Shown here in pieces: positions 26,136 through 27,920 of a DNA stretch of 27,920 bases (position 1 is the first letter of the stretch; each line of letters begins with the position of its first letter). The stretch lies in the IMG/VR virus record IMGVR_UViG_3300045988_162894; one strand, given 5' to 3'. The position numbers were made by a program, and so were the translations under genes. Source of the DNA: a virus (Duplodnaviria > Heunggongvirae > Uroviricota > Caudoviricetes). Under the pieces are notes generated by a model, which worked only from the letters and a program-made list of their open reading frames with translations, was not told where the DNA came from and made no database searches.

Positions 26136-26879
26136 ATGACCACACCAAATCCACTGGCAAAAACGAAAGGTGCGGGAACGACGTTCTGGATGTATACCGG
26201 CAAGGGCGATGCGTTTGCGAACCCTTTATCGGACACTGACTGGCTGCGTCTTGCGATGGTGAAGGATCTGCAACCTGGCGAAATGACCGCTGATGCAGAA
26301 GATGACACTTATCTCGATGATGAAGATGCAGACTGGAAAACGACAACCCAGGGGCAGAAATCAGTCGGTGATACTTCGGCGACGCTGGCCTGGCGTCCGG
26401 GGGACAGCGGGCAGAAAAAACTGGTTCAGTTGTTCGACTCCGGTGAAGTCTGCGCTTTTCGTATCAAATATCCCAACGGTACTGTTGATGTTTTCCGTGG
26501 CTGGCTGAGTTCACTGGGTAAAACCATTGCCTCAAAAGACGTGATGACCCGCACAGTGAAAATCAGCGGTGTGGGGCGTCCGTATCTGGCAGAGGAAGGC
26601 ACTGAAATCGTGGGCGTTACCGGGCTGACGGTGGCACCGGCATCTGCCAGTGTAAAAGTGGGAGCAACCACCACGCTGACCTTTACAGTAAAACCTGACG
26701 GAGCCAGTGACAAAGCGATCAGTGTGCATTCGACAGATCCACAGACTGCCACGGTGACCCTGAACGGGCTTGTGGCCACGGTGAAAGGCGTGAAGCAGGG
26801 CAGTGTCAGCATTGTGGGCATGACTTCTGACGGCGATTTTGTGGCAGTGGCTACGGTGGCTGTCAGCGCCGCAGGTTAA
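26136..26879 (+). CDS. V: Major tail protein gpV with C-terminal Ig-like (Big_2) domain
   Basis: KGAGTT.W.Y.G.GD..ANPLSD.DW.RLA.VKDL.PGE.TA...DD.YLDDEDADW...GQKS.GDTS.TLAW.PG matches recalled lambda V. AGGAGG RBS. Confidence 0.85.
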   Translation: MTTPNPLAKTKGAGTTFWMYTGKGDAFANPLSDTDWLRLAMVKDLQPGEMTADAEDDTYLDDEDADWKTTTQGQKSVGDTSATLAWRPGDSGQKKLVQLFDSGEVCAFRIKYPNGTVDVFRGWLSSLGKTIASKDVMTRTVKISGVGRPYLAEEGTEIVGVTGLTVAPASASVKVGATTTLTFTVKPDGASDKAISVHSTDPQTATVTLNGLVATVKGVKQGSVSIVGMTSDGDFVAVATVAVSAAG

Positions 26880-26900
26880 CAGGACGATACTCATCATTTG

Positions 26901-26924
26901 CCCCGGTTATCCGGGGCTTTTTTG
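26901..26924 (+). terminator. Hairpin plus T-run between V and G (candidate partial terminator/attenuator)
   Basis: CCCCGG-TTAT-CCGGGG followed by CTTTTTT. Confidence 0.5.
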
Positions 26925-26936
26925 CAGGTGGAGAAC

Positions 26937-27326
26937 ATGATGTTTCTGAAACAGGGCACGTTTAATTATGAAAAGCAGTCCGTGGTGCTCAGTGAGCTGT
27001 CCGGGCTGCAGAGAATTGAATATCTGGCGTTTGTTCAGCAGCGAACGGCAAAGTTTGATGCCGAAGAGGGAGAACTGCCGGAGGCTGAACGACAGATTGC
27101 TTTTCTACGGATGGGGATGGATATCAATGCCTGGCTGGTTTCCCGCTCACTGTGGAATGCGGAACAGTCTCAGGATGTTGAGACGCTTTGCGCATCCGTT
27201 ATTACAACATGGTCGTATGATGCCCTGGGAGCGGGGGCGGAGATGGTTCTGTCGCTGAGCGGTATGGGAGCCATTGAGAATGCCGGGGATTTGGAGCATG
27301 AGGTGCTGACGCCGGAAAAGTCCTGA
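26937..27326 (+). CDS. G: Tail assembly chaperone gpG
   Basis: MFLK...SELSGLQRIEYLAF resembles the lambda G N-terminus. -1-frame T ORF overlaps the 3' end. Confidence 0.75.
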   Translation: MMFLKQGTFNYEKQSVVLSELSGLQRIEYLAFVQQRTAKFDAEEGELPEAERQIAFLRMGMDINAWLVSRSLWNAEQSQDVETLCASVITTWSYDALGAGAEMVLSLSGMGAIENAGDLEHEVLTPEKS

Positions 27327-27664
27327 CGCGGGAAATGCAGTTTGTCATGCGGCTTGCCCGGGAGTTCAGGCGGGCAGACTGGCGGCGGATGCTGTCGGAA
27401 ATGTCGGCCACTGAGCTTGGTGAGTGGGGCGATTATTTCCGGATGCAGAGCTTCAGTGATGTGTGGATGGATGCGCAGTTTGCCTCGCTGAAGGCATTGA
27501 TCGTGAGAATGGTGTCCGGCAGCAGTGATGCTGCGGTGGCTGATTTCAGCCTTTTACCGGAAGAGAACGGGATACCGGAGCGAACGGACGAAGAACTGAT
27601 GCATCTTGGGGAAGGTATTTCCGGAGGTGTGCGTTATGGACCAGATAGCCAACCTGGTCATTGA
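27302..27664 (+). CDS. T: T region of tail assembly chaperone gpGT, reached by -1 programmed frameshift from G
   Basis: The -1 frame is open only from 27302 (stop at 27299-27301) and G stops at 27324-27326, which confines the shift site to 27302-27323. Only candidate heptamer is G GAA AAG (27314-27320). Confidence 0.55.
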   Translation, partial: GADAGKVLTREMQFVMRLAREFRRADWRRMLSEMSATELGEWGDYFRMQSFSDVWMDAQFASLKALIVRMVSGSSDAAVADFSLLPEENGIPERTDEELMHLGEGISGGVRYGPDSQPGH

Positions 27665-27854
27665 TTTGGGGATTGATGCGGCAGAGTTTAAAAATGAAAT
27701 TCCCCGTATCAAAAACCTTCTGAATGGTGCAGCCAGCGATGCAGAACGGTCTTCTGCCCGTATGCAGCGTTTTATGGAGCGTCAGACTCAGGCCGCCCGG
27801 CAGACAACGCAGGCGGCTTCTTCGGGCTGCACATCGCTACCTGCGGCGACTTAA
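27636..27854 (+). CDS. Tape measure protein, N-terminal part (partial at window end; frame continuity uncertain near 27815-27855)
   Basis: MDQIANLVIDLGIDAAEF resembles the lambda H N-terminus (DLVVDLSLDAARF). GGAGGTG RBS. The frame stops at 27854 while the -1 frame stays open to the window end. Confidence 0.5.
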   Translation: MDQIANLVIDLGIDAAEFKNEIPRIKNLLNGAASDAERSSARMQRFMERQTQAARQTTQAASSGCTSLPAAT

Positions 27855-27920
27855 ACGGCGAGAGTTTCATCACGCAGAGCGAAAACAGCTACAAGCGCCT
27901 CGTCGTGCGGGACAATCGGC

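Overview
This window reads as a contiguous segment of a lambdoid (phage-21 / Qin-like) prophage from an enterobacterial genome, running from an accessory left end through immunity, replication, nin-like, lysis and morphogenesis regions. All calls rest on reading the sequence and ORF track by eye and on recalled protein families; no database search or computation was run. Left end: an AT-rich orphan 404-aa ORF (171-1385), palindromes, then leftward early genes (AlpA-like excisionase/regulator, HD-domain YfdR-like, DUF2303 YfdQ-like, YfdP-like). Immunity region: CI-like repressor (HTH + S24 peptidase) divergent from a Cro-like gene, with CTAAG-N4-CTTAG operator-like palindromes, followed by a CII/YdaT-like gene. 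Replication: lambda O-like initiator containing five 15-bp iterons. Nin-like region: possible PerC-like regulator, LexA N-terminal-domain-only protein, RusA resolvase, KilA-N protein, DUF968/HNH protein, Q antiterminator with a PR'-like promoter and terminator. Late region: cold-shock cargo (cspF-like, cspB-like, cspI-like, GnsB-like), pinholin S21-like holin, SAR endolysin, Rz with embedded Rz1, a lambda-like cos site, Nu1/A-type terminase, gpW, portal, a ClpP-protease/major-capsid fusion ORF, head accessory proteins, tail genes Z, U, V, G with a -1 G-T frameshift arrangement, and the start of the tape-measure gene. No rRNA, tRNA, CRISPR array or IS element was recognised. The best candidate for an undescribed system is the AT-rich orphan ORF at 171-1385, which has a PD-(D/E)xK-like motif pattern and sits in a typical prophage cargo position. 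Secondary candidates are the small convergent ORFs and GC-rich structured non-coding stretch between the repressor and the early-left genes, and the LexA-DBD-only protein.
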